A stretch of 59,107 nucleotides of DNA from IMG/VR virus record IMGVR_UViG_3300023184_000140, positions 1 through 59,107 of that record. One strand, 5' to 3'. A program made the position numbers and the translations under genes. Positions 1 through 8,590 of the stretch are shown here, piece by piece. Every line of letters begins with the position of its first letter. Position 1 is the first letter of the stretch. This DNA is from a virus. Taxonomy: Duplodnaviria; Caudoviricetes. The notes under the pieces were generated by a model, which did not search any database, was not told where the DNA came from, and worked only from the letters and a program-made list of their open reading frames with translations.

Positions 1-80
1 CGTTTCAACAGCAGGGGAATAAATCATCCCACTACGGTGACTATCATAACTAACCAATACCCACGCTAAAATAAATGAAC

Positions 81-275
81 TCATAACTCCTCCCCATTCT
101 TCTCAGCTTCTTTGTTAAGATTTTTTAATTTATCAGTACATAACCATAATCCAACAAAAGTCATCCCGCCTACATCTTCAGTTAATCTACTAACTAAACC
201 CAATCCCTCAACAGACAAAACTTCATCAATTATTAACTCACCTACAAGATCAATTTTATTTTTTTGTTTTTTCAT
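81..275 (-). CDS. Small hypothetical cassette protein ending ...AEKNGEEL
   Basis: ORF 81..311; more plausible ATG at 275 (MKKQKNK). C-terminus shared with 58698..58928. Confidence 0.6.
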   Translation of the reverse strand: MKKQKNKIDLVGELIIDEVLSVEGLGLVSRLTEDVGGMTFVGLWLCTDKLKNLNKEAEKNGEEL

Positions 276-510
276 TTCTACCCCTTTGGCGAATAGCATT
301 AGCTCCCGCAATTAACCCCATTCGCCACGTATCTACAACAGGAACCATCGTAGTCTGTGAGAAGTCTTCTAACAGTTTGATACACGCTTCGCGCTCTTCT
401 GCTGCGATTAATTCGGCAAATTGTTTAAGCTCTTTAATTGTTTTTTCCCAGCCTTCTACACTCCAACCATTGGCTTTTTTGTATAGCTCAATAACTTTTT
501 CGTCAGTCAT
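256..510 (-). CDS. Small hypothetical phage protein (EREAC motif family)
   Basis: 84-aa ORF overlapping both neighbours; residues 11-43 are identical to the partial ORF at the right end. Confidence 0.75.
   Translation of the reverse strand: MTDEKVIELYKKANGWSVEGWEKTIKELKQFAELIAAEEREACIKLLEDFSQTTMVPVVDTWRMGLIAGANAIRQRGRNEKTKK
382..480 (+). repeat. 99-bp direct repeat, copy 1 (identical to 59009-59107)
   Basis: ACACGCTTCGCGCTC...CATTGGCTTTTTT read at both positions. Confidence 0.95.
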
Positions 511-761
511 ACGTCAGGATCCTTTCTTTTAACTTTCTGTTTAAACCAAGACCTAATCTGCTCAATAGGTAATCCGGTGCGGTCGTATATCACCAGAGTC
601 ATCTTAGGTGTCAACCCCAACGTGTCGTTGTTAATGCGACTTATAGTTGACGGTGAGGAATGCAGAAACTTTGCAAGGTCTTGATCTGTTTCTAATTCAT
701 ATGCGTCTTTAATATGCTCAAACAATTTGTTTGATTTATAAGTGTCGTTAAGGTTGATCAT
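507..761 (-). CDS. XRE/Cro-like helix-turn-helix DNA-binding protein
   Basis: TDQDLAKFLHSSPSTISRINND is an HTH pattern; 84 aa. Confidence 0.75.
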   Translation of the reverse strand: MINLNDTYKSNKLFEHIKDAYELETDQDLAKFLHSSPSTISRINNDTLGLTPKMTLVIYDRTGLPIEQIRSWFKQKVKRKDPDV

Positions 762-763
762 TT

Positions 764-1369
764 TTATTCTTTCAGTATCAATTTGTCTTGTTTAAACTTC
801 TCATTTTCAACTTTACGTTCTAATTCAGTAAAAGCTTTACTGGCTCTGAGCTTAGCAGTCAACGCATTATTTTGGTGAACACGGTCAACCATTATCTTAT
901 TCATCTCACCTACAGGGTACTTAATTAGAACGTAAGCTACATAACGGTCGCCTTCAAGCAGCAGCTTTGCGTCTTCCTGCTCAACTCCTGGTAGTTCAAC
1001 TAGCAGGGCATCCTGAGACGTAACGATAGAAGCATTATTTGAGACGTCTGGGTTATACCCCACCTCGTCCATGAACAAACGCATAGTAGCGTTAATCTCA
1101 CCTTGAATAGCAACCGCCAACTGAGCACGAGCGAGCATGTGAGCCTTGTTGACTGCCATTTGCATGTCACGACTGCGTGCTACAGCTTTCTCATAGACTG
1201 CGGTGTTGTCTTTAGGCGGTGTAAGGTACCACTTGGGCGTGTTGTCAAGAGTCTTAGCCATCTCTTTTTTAATCTCTTCTTTTTCAGCTTTAATAGCTTC
1301 TAAAGATCCTGGCTTAACTGAGCTGCAAGCAGCCAGTACGAGTATTGAGAGTAGTAATAAAGTTTTCAT
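764..1369 (-). CDS. LPP20-like lipoprotein
   Basis: Start MKTLLLLSILVLAAC gives a signal peptide with lipobox LAA-C. PKWY...A...AVNKAHMLARAQLA resembles the LPP20 pattern. Confidence 0.75.
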   Translation of the reverse strand: MKTLLLLSILVLAACSSVKPGSLEAIKAEKEEIKKEMAKTLDNTPKWYLTPPKDNTAVYEKAVARSRDMQMAVNKAHMLARAQLAVAIQGEINATMRLFMDEVGYNPDVSNNASIVTSQDALLVELPGVEQEDAKLLLEGDRYVAYVLIKYPVGEMNKIMVDRVHQNNALTAKLRASKAFTELERKVENEKFKQDKLILKE

Positions 1370-1385
1370 GTTATATCTTTCTAAG

Positions 1386-2168
1386 TTATTTAAGTTCTTT
1401 CTTCGGTACTGCCCAAACAAAATACGGCATTTTGATTATCCTACGGTCTTTCTTTGGAATCTCCTGCAACCTCTGGTTAAACTCATGCAGGGTAAAGCTG
1501 TCCCTGAATGTTACTTCTGTTTTTGTTGCTACGGCTATAATCGTTTCACTTGCAAGGTCACCTACGACAGCGTTTCTTTTTGGAAACCTGACGAGCATTT
1601 TGTAGTTCTCAGATGGAAAGTAAGCTTCCTTGAGTATACGTTGGCTAGGTTGATAACGACTAGGGTACAACAGTTTGACTTGGTCTCGCTCATCTTCATA
1701 GGGAGAATACAAGAACAAGTTCAAATACATCGGCTGGTTTGATTTAGCTTTTATGTTGAGTTGATCACCGTCATAAAGTTTATTTTGAACCAATCTAACG
1801 TCTGGGTCAAAGGTATTGTCAACAGGTGACTTGTCTTTGAAAATATCAACTTCCAAAGACACAGTGCAGGAACCGTTCAACACGAGTTGTTTTATGTTCC
1901 TAACCCCAGTGACCATACCGTCTGTTTGAGACATAGAAGTCTGAGCGTATTGGCATGCGTCTACGTTCTTGTCGTTGCAGATTTGAACCTTTGAGACCGT
2001 GATTGATTCACCGGCAACTTTAACTAGAGCATTCTCAATAGCTCGGTCTTGCGCAGCCTTACATGCTGCTTTCTCAGAAGTCTCCGGACCAAAAACTTCT
2101 TTACCTGCAGTAGCATGCCACTCAGCATGAGCGGTAGAGGCGAGTAGTAACAGTAGAATGTATTTCAT
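1386..2168 (-). CDS. Secreted protein with FlgT-N/LPP20-like N-domain and DUF4384-like C-domain
   Basis: Signal peptide MKYILLLLLASTAHA. AACKAAQDRAIENALVKVAG helix. YDGDQLNIKAKSNQPMYLNLF...VKLLYPS...ETIIAVAT resembles DUF4384. Confidence 0.7.
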   Translation of the reverse strand: MKYILLLLLASTAHAEWHATAGKEVFGPETSEKAACKAAQDRAIENALVKVAGESITVSKVQICNDKNVDACQYAQTSMSQTDGMVTGVRNIKQLVLNGSCTVSLEVDIFKDKSPVDNTFDPDVRLVQNKLYDGDQLNIKAKSNQPMYLNLFLYSPYEDERDQVKLLYPSRYQPSQRILKEAYFPSENYKMLVRFPKRNAVVGDLASETIIAVATKTEVTFRDSFTLHEFNQRLQEIPKKDRRIIKMPYFVWAVPKKELK

Positions 2169-2368
2169 ATTCTCCTCTGGCATACGAAAGCTTCATGCGC
2201 TACACGGAAAGCACCTGCGTATTTGCAGTCACCAATAATACGACCTTCAATCTGCACTTGACCAATCCAAATACCTAAGCAAAATGCAATCACTGCAGCT
2301 AATGATTTAGCCCAGACGTTGTTAATCCAGTCAAGCACCTGCTTGTAGGTGAGTGTTTCAAGCATCAT
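2165..2368 (-). CDS. Small membrane protein
   Basis: 67 aa with one hydrophobic helix; 4-nt overlaps with both neighbours. Confidence 0.7.
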   Translation of the reverse strand: MMLETLTYKQVLDWINNVWAKSLAAVIAFCLGIWIGQVQIEGRIIGDCKYAGAFRVAHEAFVCQRRI

Positions 2369-4476
2369 ATTCCGTATCTACCTTTCTCAATTGCTGCTAC
2401 TACATTTTCATCCACTTGCAAGTAATGATTTGCGCGTCCTTTGGGTACTTCTAATTCAACTCTTACGAGGCTACCGTCGTTTAGCAAACTGGTTATAGCT
2501 CGCTCTTTACGTTCTTGAGAACCTTTTACACCACCCTGATTAGCCGGTAGTCGTTCATAGTGAGAACGTGAGCGACCAGGATCTTTGCGTACAAGGTCAG
2601 TTATATCATCACAAAGTTTGTTCCATACTTCTAACTCTTTAGCTTCTTTACGATCTTCTTTGAGTTGCGCACGTTCACCCGTCTTGAGAGGTCTGGCGAC
2701 TGAGTGAGAGAACCAAATCTCTTTGTCGTAACCTAACACATCTTTATGCGTCTCTTTGTTTTGAATCAAGTCAAACGTCAGCTCATGGAAGGCTACAGGA
2801 AACCTGATCTTTAAAGCTTTTAACACACGTGGGGCATCGTTGTCTTCACCGTCTTTAAACACTGTGTAAACACCTTGAGCATCACCTGTCCAAGCAGATG
2901 CACCGCGAGGTGAGAGCAGGTCAGATTCACCCATACCGTGTGTTTTGGAAGTGTGACTGACGATGATGATTGGGAAAGCTGAGAAGGATTGCTTTATGTA
3001 AGCCATTGCCCGACCGACCTCTGCGTTGTCGTTCTCGTTTTCTAAATCAAACACAGCGTTAGCGGTGTCAAAGATTACGAGCGGTAAAGCAGAATACATT
3101 TCACCGTTAGCTTTCTTGTTGTCAACTGTCCATTCTTTATACTCATCTGCTACCTGCGAGACTATCTTAGGGTCTAAGCGTTGCGCAGCTATAACTCTAA
3201 CCCTTGAGTCAAAGTCAGCTGTACCCATGCCAGTGTAACCCCATGAGTATAACGAGTAAATGACACGTTGCACTTGAACTACAGACTCAGTTATGATGAT
3301 TACGTTACGCCGTACAGAGGGACGCAGAGCGTAGTCAGTTGGGCACAAGTGAGCGGTAGCCAGAGCCATCGGCACTATTAGAGTTGTCTTACCTACACCA
3401 GGAGCACCGGCTACGACATTGACGCCAGTTGACATAAAGTCGTCGTAAACATATTCAAAGACGGTAACGCGAGATGCACCGCTGTCTTTAGAGTTCTTAA
3501 GACTGAGAGGGTGAGTAGAGTTGTTACCGGCTTCAGGTTTACTATTACCTGCCCAACCGTTATCAATCGCCATTCTAAAGATTGAGCGGTAGGTAATACT
3601 GTGTGGTTGATCTAAGTCTCTTTCCCACTTTTTACGTTGAGCACTGGCATCAAACTTATCACTGCGCGCAGACCATTCAGTCCAGACTTTGTATCCGTTC
3701 TCACCGTATGACTTAAGCACCATACCGACGTTGACCCAAGTAGTGTAGTCATCAGCGTCAACGTGACGTAATGCTGAGCGTAAGTCGTCAAACGTCTGAG
3801 CGGTAGCGACTGGCACCCCTCCACGTTCAGTCAGGCTATAATCGACTGTAGCACGTGCCTTGCCCGCTATTAGCGAAGGGAGAGGGGAAGGTTTTGCCGG
3901 TTTAGATTGAGACAGCGGAGAGCGACCGGCTTCCCACCTATAAGCACCAGAGGGTCCGAGTGAGGGAGCTACGCAGATATAACCATTGTGTTTGAGGTCT
4001 AACCCTGCACCGAGCGAGCCAGGGAATGACAACTCTGGGTCAGCTACAAACAGACGATGTTCACCGCCACCTTGAGTTATAGCAGTACAGTCAGAATGCA
4101 GCACACCGTGTTCTGCTTCTAAGGTGGCTAGAGACTCCCGACCGCCGTTTTGTGGGTCAATGTCTAGGGCGATAAGTCCGGACGTAGAGAGGGATATTCC
4201 TATACCTGCGTCGGGATCTTCTGCCCACCAGTTGCGTATTGTTTGTTCGTCTACCGTTGAGTCTTGGTGTCCGTGGGGTACGAGGTTAGCTTGAGGATGC
4301 TTACCGGCTTTATGGCCAGGAGCATCGTTAGGCAGACCGCAGCGGCATTGACCATGGTCGTCAACTGACCAAACAGGCAACACGTACCAACCCAACTTAG
4401 AGTATGCAATAGCATAGTCTAAAGTTGTTGGAGCCTTATCAACAAGACCGAATTTATTCGTCTGCTTCACCACCAT
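2365..4476 (-). CDS. Bifunctional primase-polymerase with PriCT-2 domain and AAA_25-type helicase
   Basis: GWYVLPV...GKHP...LDIDPQNGG...GGGEHRLF (Prim-Pol); DADDYTTWVNVGMVL...WSARSDKFD (PriCT-2); Walker A GAPGVGKT; VIFDT Walker B. ATG at 4476 follows GAGGAG. Confidence 0.9.
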   Translation of the reverse strand: MVVKQTNKFGLVDKAPTTLDYAIAYSKLGWYVLPVWSVDDHGQCRCGLPNDAPGHKAGKHPQANLVPHGHQDSTVDEQTIRNWWAEDPDAGIGISLSTSGLIALDIDPQNGGRESLATLEAEHGVLHSDCTAITQGGGEHRLFVADPELSFPGSLGAGLDLKHNGYICVAPSLGPSGAYRWEAGRSPLSQSKPAKPSPLPSLIAGKARATVDYSLTERGGVPVATAQTFDDLRSALRHVDADDYTTWVNVGMVLKSYGENGYKVWTEWSARSDKFDASAQRKKWERDLDQPHSITYRSIFRMAIDNGWAGNSKPEAGNNSTHPLSLKNSKDSGASRVTVFEYVYDDFMSTGVNVVAGAPGVGKTTLIVPMALATAHLCPTDYALRPSVRRNVIIITESVVQVQRVIYSLYSWGYTGMGTADFDSRVRVIAAQRLDPKIVSQVADEYKEWTVDNKKANGEMYSALPLVIFDTANAVFDLENENDNAEVGRAMAYIKQSFSAFPIIIVSHTSKTHGMGESDLLSPRGASAWTGDAQGVYTVFKDGEDNDAPRVLKALKIRFPVAFHELTFDLIQNKETHKDVLGYDKEIWFSHSVARPLKTGERAQLKEDRKEAKELEVWNKLCDDITDLVRKDPGRSRSHYERLPANQGGVKGSQERKERAITSLLNDGSLVRVELEVPKGRANHYLQVDENVVAAIEKGRYGI

Positions 4477-4762
4477 CGGTCTCCTCGTCAGGTGCATTCT
4501 TATTCTGATACGGTCTTACTGCGTGTAACGCACAAGACAGAACAGTACAGTGTGTTATCTCTTCTCGGTCATAGCTGCAACACTGCAGACATTTGACACG
4601 GATAGCCACACTGCGAGGCACTTGACCGAGCAGCGATCTTTGGGTAGCGAGCTTATGTTTTTCAGGAACACTCTTCTCAAGGTATATCTCAATGTACTGT
4701 CGTTGTTCCGGCAGTAGTGAGCGTTCCTCTTTGAATCGGCTCCTTCTCATTGTATCGGTCAT
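4454..4762 (-). CDS. Cys-rich, putative Zn-binding phage protein
   Basis: AIRVKCLQCC...EITHC...CALHAVRPY; ATG at 4762 with a GGAG RBS. Confidence 0.7.
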   Translation of the reverse strand: MTDTMRRSRFKEERSLLPEQRQYIEIYLEKSVPEKHKLATQRSLLGQVPRSVAIRVKCLQCCSYDREEITHCTVLSCALHAVRPYQNKNAPDEETDGGEADE

Positions 4763-4779
4763 TATATTTTTTCTCCGAG

Positions 4780-6327
4780 TTAGAAAAGTTCTTCGATTAC
4801 GTTCCAATACCGCCCAGACTTACGGGCGATAACCTGTTGGGGCAGTTTACTATTACGCACCTGCCAGACTACTTTTGCCGCAGGGGAGGGTAAGTATACC
4901 GCCAAATGTCTGTTTTTGAAAAATGCTTGGTCAACTCCTCTAGGAGTCTCAGTGTGTACAAACGTAGAGGCATCTATCCTTACGTTGTCAGCTGTAGTGC
5001 AAGCGTATTGAACAAGCAGCACTTGCTTAGAATGACTTTTTGTTTTAATCGGTACTGCTGAGACTGAGTTAACAGTCAACGTGAGGCAGCTACCGTCAAT
5101 AACTTCTTTGCCCGTCATAGGGTCAACCGGCACTAGGTTGCGGACTCCTGGCAACAACTTACGGGTCTTTTTAACGTATGGCTTTCTAATTTCATCAGCC
5201 GGTACCTGCTCAACTACATCTAACCCAACTTCACGGACGTAATTGTCAAGCATGTCAACACCGCCCAACCGTTGGTAGTTACCGACGTAATCCAGTACGA
5301 GGCAGTTCTTTTTGCCGTCGTGTAAGCGTGTACCCCGACCTTGTATTTGAACCCACAGAGAGGAGGATAGAGTAGGTCTCAGACACACTATGCAGTCTAG
5401 TGGGGGAAAGTCAAAGCCGGTTGTGATTGTGTCAACTGAGCAGAGCACCCGTAAGTTACCTGCGTACATGTCTAATAATATTTGATCTCGGTGCTGTTTG
5501 CTTGTACCGCCGGTCATAACGTCAACTGTCCAACCTGTAGTTTCACGTATCATGTCAGCAGTCTTCATAGCTGACTTTATAGTTGGGCAGTACACAGCAA
5601 TGTGCTTACGGTTATGGGCTAAGCTGTGAATAGACTCAGCTACAACCCTAAGCCATTTTTCAGTAGCAAGCTCTTCAACGTCTAGCTGAGAGAAGTCGCC
5701 GTTGTTAACGTCTGCTTTTTCTAAATCTAATTGGTATTCTGTTTCAACACCGATTAACGGTGAGAGGTAACCATCTTCAACCGCTTTGAGTACGGGGTAA
5801 ACGTAAGCTATCAAGTTAAATATGCAATGATTCTTTTCACCGTATATTAGACCATTATCCATTCGCCATGGGGTAGCAGTCATACCTAGACGTTTTGCGT
5901 TAGGGTATTCTAAAAAGATCTCACTATACATTGTAGCTTGATCATTACCGTGAGGCACCCTATGCGCTTCATCGATTATGATGAGGTCTGGGTTAGGTAT
6001 TAAGCATTCCGCAACAGGTTTACGTATGCTTTGAACTGTAGCGAAGGTTACACGGTTTTCATAGTTAGCCATACCCATTCCTGAGCAGACTATGCCAGGA
6101 CTGTCGCCGGTAAACTTTCTGTACGTTATAGCGTTCTGCCCGACGAGCTGTTGAACGTGAGTCAACACCCAGACGTTTAACTGCTTCTTTTCATAGTGAG
6201 AAGCTACCGCAGCGATGATGAGAGATTTACCCGTACCTGTGGCTAATTGCAATACAGGATTGTCACCGGACTCTAAGTGATGTAGAGCACGTTGATAGGC
6301 ATCTAGCTGATAAGGACGAAGTTTCAC
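4780..6327 (-). CDS. Superfamily 2 DNA helicase (RadD/YejH-like, DEAH)
   Basis: LATGTGKS, IIIDEAHR, GMTATP, TTGFD and QIQGRGTR motifs; GTG start. Confidence 0.92.
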   Translation of the reverse strand: MKLRPYQLDAYQRALHHLESGDNPVLQLATGTGKSLIIAAVASHYEKKQLNVWVLTHVQQLVGQNAITYRKFTGDSPGIVCSGMGMANYENRVTFATVQSIRKPVAECLIPNPDLIIIDEAHRVPHGNDQATMYSEIFLEYPNAKRLGMTATPWRMDNGLIYGEKNHCIFNLIAYVYPVLKAVEDGYLSPLIGVETEYQLDLEKADVNNGDFSQLDVEELATEKWLRVVAESIHSLAHNRKHIAVYCPTIKSAMKTADMIRETTGWTVDVMTGGTSKQHRDQILLDMYAGNLRVLCSVDTITTGFDFPPLDCIVCLRPTLSSSLWVQIQGRGTRLHDGKKNCLVLDYVGNYQRLGGVDMLDNYVREVGLDVVEQVPADEIRKPYVKKTRKLLPGVRNLVPVDPMTGKEVIDGSCLTLTVNSVSAVPIKTKSHSKQVLLVQYACTTADNVRIDASTFVHTETPRGVDQAFFKNRHLAVYLPSPAAKVVWQVRNSKLPQQVIARKSGRYWNVIEELF

Positions 6328-6356
6328 AGTTATAAGTTATAAATTAAAGATCCCCA

Positions 6357-6385
6357 ATTATGCCTGACAAATGTAAAAATGTCAA
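6357..6385 (-). promoter_or_regulatory. Sigma70-type promoter for the leftward helicase/primase arm
   Basis: TTGACA-N17-CATAAT on the minus strand. Confidence 0.75.
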
Positions 6386-6391
6386 AATTGG

Positions 6392-6432
6392 AAAAAGCAA
6401 TCAACTTTCTAAAATTGATTCAAAAATACAAT
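6392..6432. promoter_or_regulatory. Putative operator AATCAA-N10-TTGATT, copy 1
   Basis: AAAAAGCAATCAA-N10-TTGATTCAAAAATACAAT between the divergent promoters; near-identical copy at 13010-13050. Confidence 0.6.
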
Positions 6433-6461
6433 TTGCCTTTTTTCCAGAACGTCTCCATAGT
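6433..6461 (+). promoter_or_regulatory. Sigma70-type promoter for the rightward early arm
   Basis: TTGCCT-N17-CATAGT. Confidence 0.6.
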
Positions 6462-6510
6462 TCAGTCCATAGCACGACCCGTTGTATAACTTATAACTAG
6501 GAGCCTCACT

Positions 6511-6816
6511 ATGAACATCATCGCCTCGCTCACCGCCCGCATCGAAGAATACCGCACTACAAACAAAAACCCTTGCAAGAATTATGCCTCAGAAGCTGCC
6601 GCTGAAAAAGCTACCGCTAAGATGGCACAAGACGCTGCTAATTATTTCAGCAAAACACCAGGTGTTGAAGCTCGTCCCGCTCAGTACGTTGTGTTTTACA
6701 ATGAAGCATGGGGTCGCTGGGTAGGTGGTATCAACATGAGCGAGTTGATTCAACGCTCAAGCAGCACTGGTGGTTACCTCGGTTTCTGTGGCGCTAAAGG
6801 TTTTTACACGTATTAA
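6511..6816 (+). CDS. Early hypothetical protein
   Basis: 101-aa ORF with AGGAG RBS; first gene after the promoter. Confidence 0.85.
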   Translation: MNIIASLTARIEEYRTTNKNPCKNYASEAAAEKATAKMAQDAANYFSKTPGVEARPAQYVVFYNEAWGRWVGGINMSELIQRSSSTGGYLGFCGAKGFYTY

Positions 6817-6851
6817 TTTTAACTCAATAACTTAATAACTGGAGAATCATT

Positions 6852-7034
6852 ATGAACCAACCTGAAATCATCGTAAAAGTTAAAGACGTCTACGGTCAAG
6901 CAACCGTGTACCCTGTCTGCGTTCTTGCAGAAGAGTTTGCTAAACTCGCCCGTACAAAAACTCTCACCAAGGCTGCTTTGGACTCTATCCGTGCGCTCGG
7001 CTTCAAAGTCGTTCTTGAACAACAAAGTCTGTGA
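6852..7034 (+). CDS. Early hypothetical protein
   Basis: 60 aa, GGAG RBS; VKDVYG...YPVC...FAKLA.TKTLT is a pattern common in small phage proteins. Confidence 0.8.
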   Translation: MNQPEIIVKVKDVYGQATVYPVCVLAEEFAKLARTKTLTKAALDSIRALGFKVVLEQQSL

Positions 7035-7042
7035 GGCTAAAA

Positions 7043-7198
7043 ATGAATTCACAATTTGAAGAAGCCGTAGAAATATTGCGTCAAATATGCGATTTCAACG
7101 GACATACAGATTTATACAATTGGTACGCAGATCCTGAAACAAGTAAGCTTTTTGAAAAAATCAGAGAGTTTTTAAAAGAGGTGCGTCATGAAGTATAA
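7043..7198 (+). CDS. Small hypothetical protein (51 aa, not in ORF track)
   Basis: GAGG RBS then MNSQFEEAVEILRQ...EVRHEV; fills the gap in the operon. Confidence 0.6.
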   Translation: MNSQFEEAVEILRQICDFNGHTDLYNWYADPETSKLFEKIREFLKEVRHEV

Positions 7199-7457
7199 AG
7201 CAGAAGTTGTAGTTGAGCTGGGCGATGAGGACACTAAGTACATCGCCGGTGTGACGTATTATCACTACCAAAAGCCAGACCGTTATTGCAAAGATAGTGA
7301 TGTAGACTACCACGGCTACACTGAGTTGGAATGGGAGCTTCTCAACATAGACGGCACGCTAGCCCATGAGGTTGAGTCTGTTTTGACTGAGCGTGAGAAC
7401 GACTACATTGAAGAGAAAATTAAAGAAGAGATGGAGGGTTATGATGAGGATCGGTGA
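7188..7457 (+). CDS. Acidic hypothetical protein
   Basis: 89 aa, GAGGTG RBS. Confidence 0.75.
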   Translation: MKYKAEVVVELGDEDTKYIAGVTYYHYQKPDRYCKDSDVDYHGYTELEWELLNIDGTLAHEVESVLTERENDYIEEKIKEEMEGYDEDR

Positions 7458-7641
7458 ACATGTGGCCATTAAGCCTAATACTGGGAGACATAGCTTTGGC
7501 AGTAATATTTCTCATCTGCGCGGTTTTGTTTATAGATTGGATGGAATGATTGCTGCAGTAAAATGGACTAACGGAGATGGACCAGATCATGTTTTAGTGC
7601 AGAACCTTATCCCCGTATCTAAACTTGGAAAATCTCAATAG
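7441..7641 (+). CDS. Hypothetical protein (SH3/KOW-like beta pattern)
   Basis: GGAGG RBS before ATG at 7441. Confidence 0.65.
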   Translation: MMRIGEHVAIKPNTGRHSFGSNISHLRGFVYRLDGMIAAVKWTNGDGPDHVLVQNLIPVSKLGKSQ

Positions 7642-7651
7642 AGGAACTAAA

Positions 7652-7786
7652 ATGACATTAGAAAAATTTGCACTGGCATTAAAAGTCGTGCTATGGGTTA
7701 TAAGCTGGTTGTGCTTGATTGTTGGTACTGGAGTGGCTTGTAAGCTTGTTTATAGGTTGTTCTCTTTGGGATGGAACTTTGCATAA
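7652..7786 (+). CDS. Small membrane protein (44 aa, not in ORF track)
   Basis: GAGGA RBS; MTLEKFALALKVVLWVISWLCLIVGTG is hydrophobic. Confidence 0.55.
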   Translation: MTLEKFALALKVVLWVISWLCLIVGTGVACKLVYRLFSLGWNFA

Positions 7787-7956
7787 TGCGTGATGCTAAC
7801 TGGTTTCGAAATATGGAAGAAGAGTATAACGAGCGTGAAGATCGTCTTGAAGAGATTCGCGAACGTATGCGTCAAGAGAAACGTAATAAAGAATCTGCGT
7901 GGCGTAAACGACAAGTAGAAAAGAAAGATGAAGATGACAACACACACCCTGTATGA
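7786..7956 (+). CDS. Charged hypothetical protein
   Basis: Coupled to the upstream ORF by TAATG; coiled-coil-like. Confidence 0.55.
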   Translation: MRDANWFRNMEEEYNEREDRLEEIRERMRQEKRNKESAWRKRQVEKKDEDDNTHPV

Positions 7957-8104
7957 CCGTAAGTATTGTTCTACTTGCAACATGTTTAAACCGTTGGACG
8001 GTGGTGAGATGCGCATTATAAGGTATCGCTACCGCCGCTGGTTGTGCAAACCTTGTTCACAAAGAGCTAGTCCTTCGGAGTACAAGAAATGGAAACCTTC
8101 GTAA
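7934..8104 (+). CDS. Small Zn-finger protein (56 aa, not in ORF track)
   Basis: YCSTC...WLCKPC, two CxxC pairs. Confidence 0.55.
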   Translation: MTTHTLYDRKYCSTCNMFKPLDGGEMRIIRYRYRRWLCKPCSQRASPSEYKKWKPS

Positions 8105-8280
8105 TGTTAGTTTGGGCTGCAGGATTCTTGACAGCTCTAGGTGTATTTACAGGCGTAGTAGGTATAACTTTTTATCTTTGGAGTCAACATGACAAACCTA
8201 ACAGAACACTTGAAGAAATCAGGTCTAGCCGTTCCAGCCAACAAAAGAGTGTGGATGTACTTAAAAGACCACCCGCATAA
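8089..8280 (+). CDS. Small membrane protein
   Basis: GGAG RBS and N-terminal hydrophobic helix; overlaps the next gene. Confidence 0.45.
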   Translation: METFVMLVWAAGFLTALGVFTGVVGITFYLWSQHDKPNRTLEEIRSSRSSQQKSVDVLKRPPA

Positions 8281-8590
8281 GTCAGCTAAAGAGATAGCGT
8301 TGGGTTTGAATGTTCACCCCGCTCAGGTATATACAGCTCTAAACGATTTATCGTCTCGCAAAATGGTAGTTAACCATATTGAGTTAGAAAAGCGAGGAGT
8401 AGGTAGACGTAGTATTAAAGTTTATCAAGCCGCAGGAGACAGGTTTGAATTGAAACCTGTGAAAAGTTTTGTCAAGATTGAAGAGCCTGTGGTAGTTCAG
8501 CCTGTCAAGCCGGTTGAAATAAACATAGACACGTTAAATGTTAAAGAAGCTAAAGCGTTATACGACAAATTGAAGGAGATATTTGGATGA
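8189..8590 (+). CDS. Winged helix-turn-helix DNA-binding protein
   Basis: VWMYLKDHPHKSAKEIALGLNVHPAQVYTALNDLSSRKMV...KVYQA is a wHTH pattern. Confidence 0.75.
   Translation: MTNLTEHLKKSGLAVPANKRVWMYLKDHPHKSAKEIALGLNVHPAQVYTALNDLSSRKMVVNHIELEKRGVGRRSIKVYQAAGDRFELKPVKSFVKIEEPVVVQPVKPVEINIDTLNVKEAKALYDKLKEIFG

Noticed and set aside
507-761. Lysogeny repressor / prophage
   Set aside because: No integrase, peptidase-containing CI, partition genes or flanking host DNA were seen.
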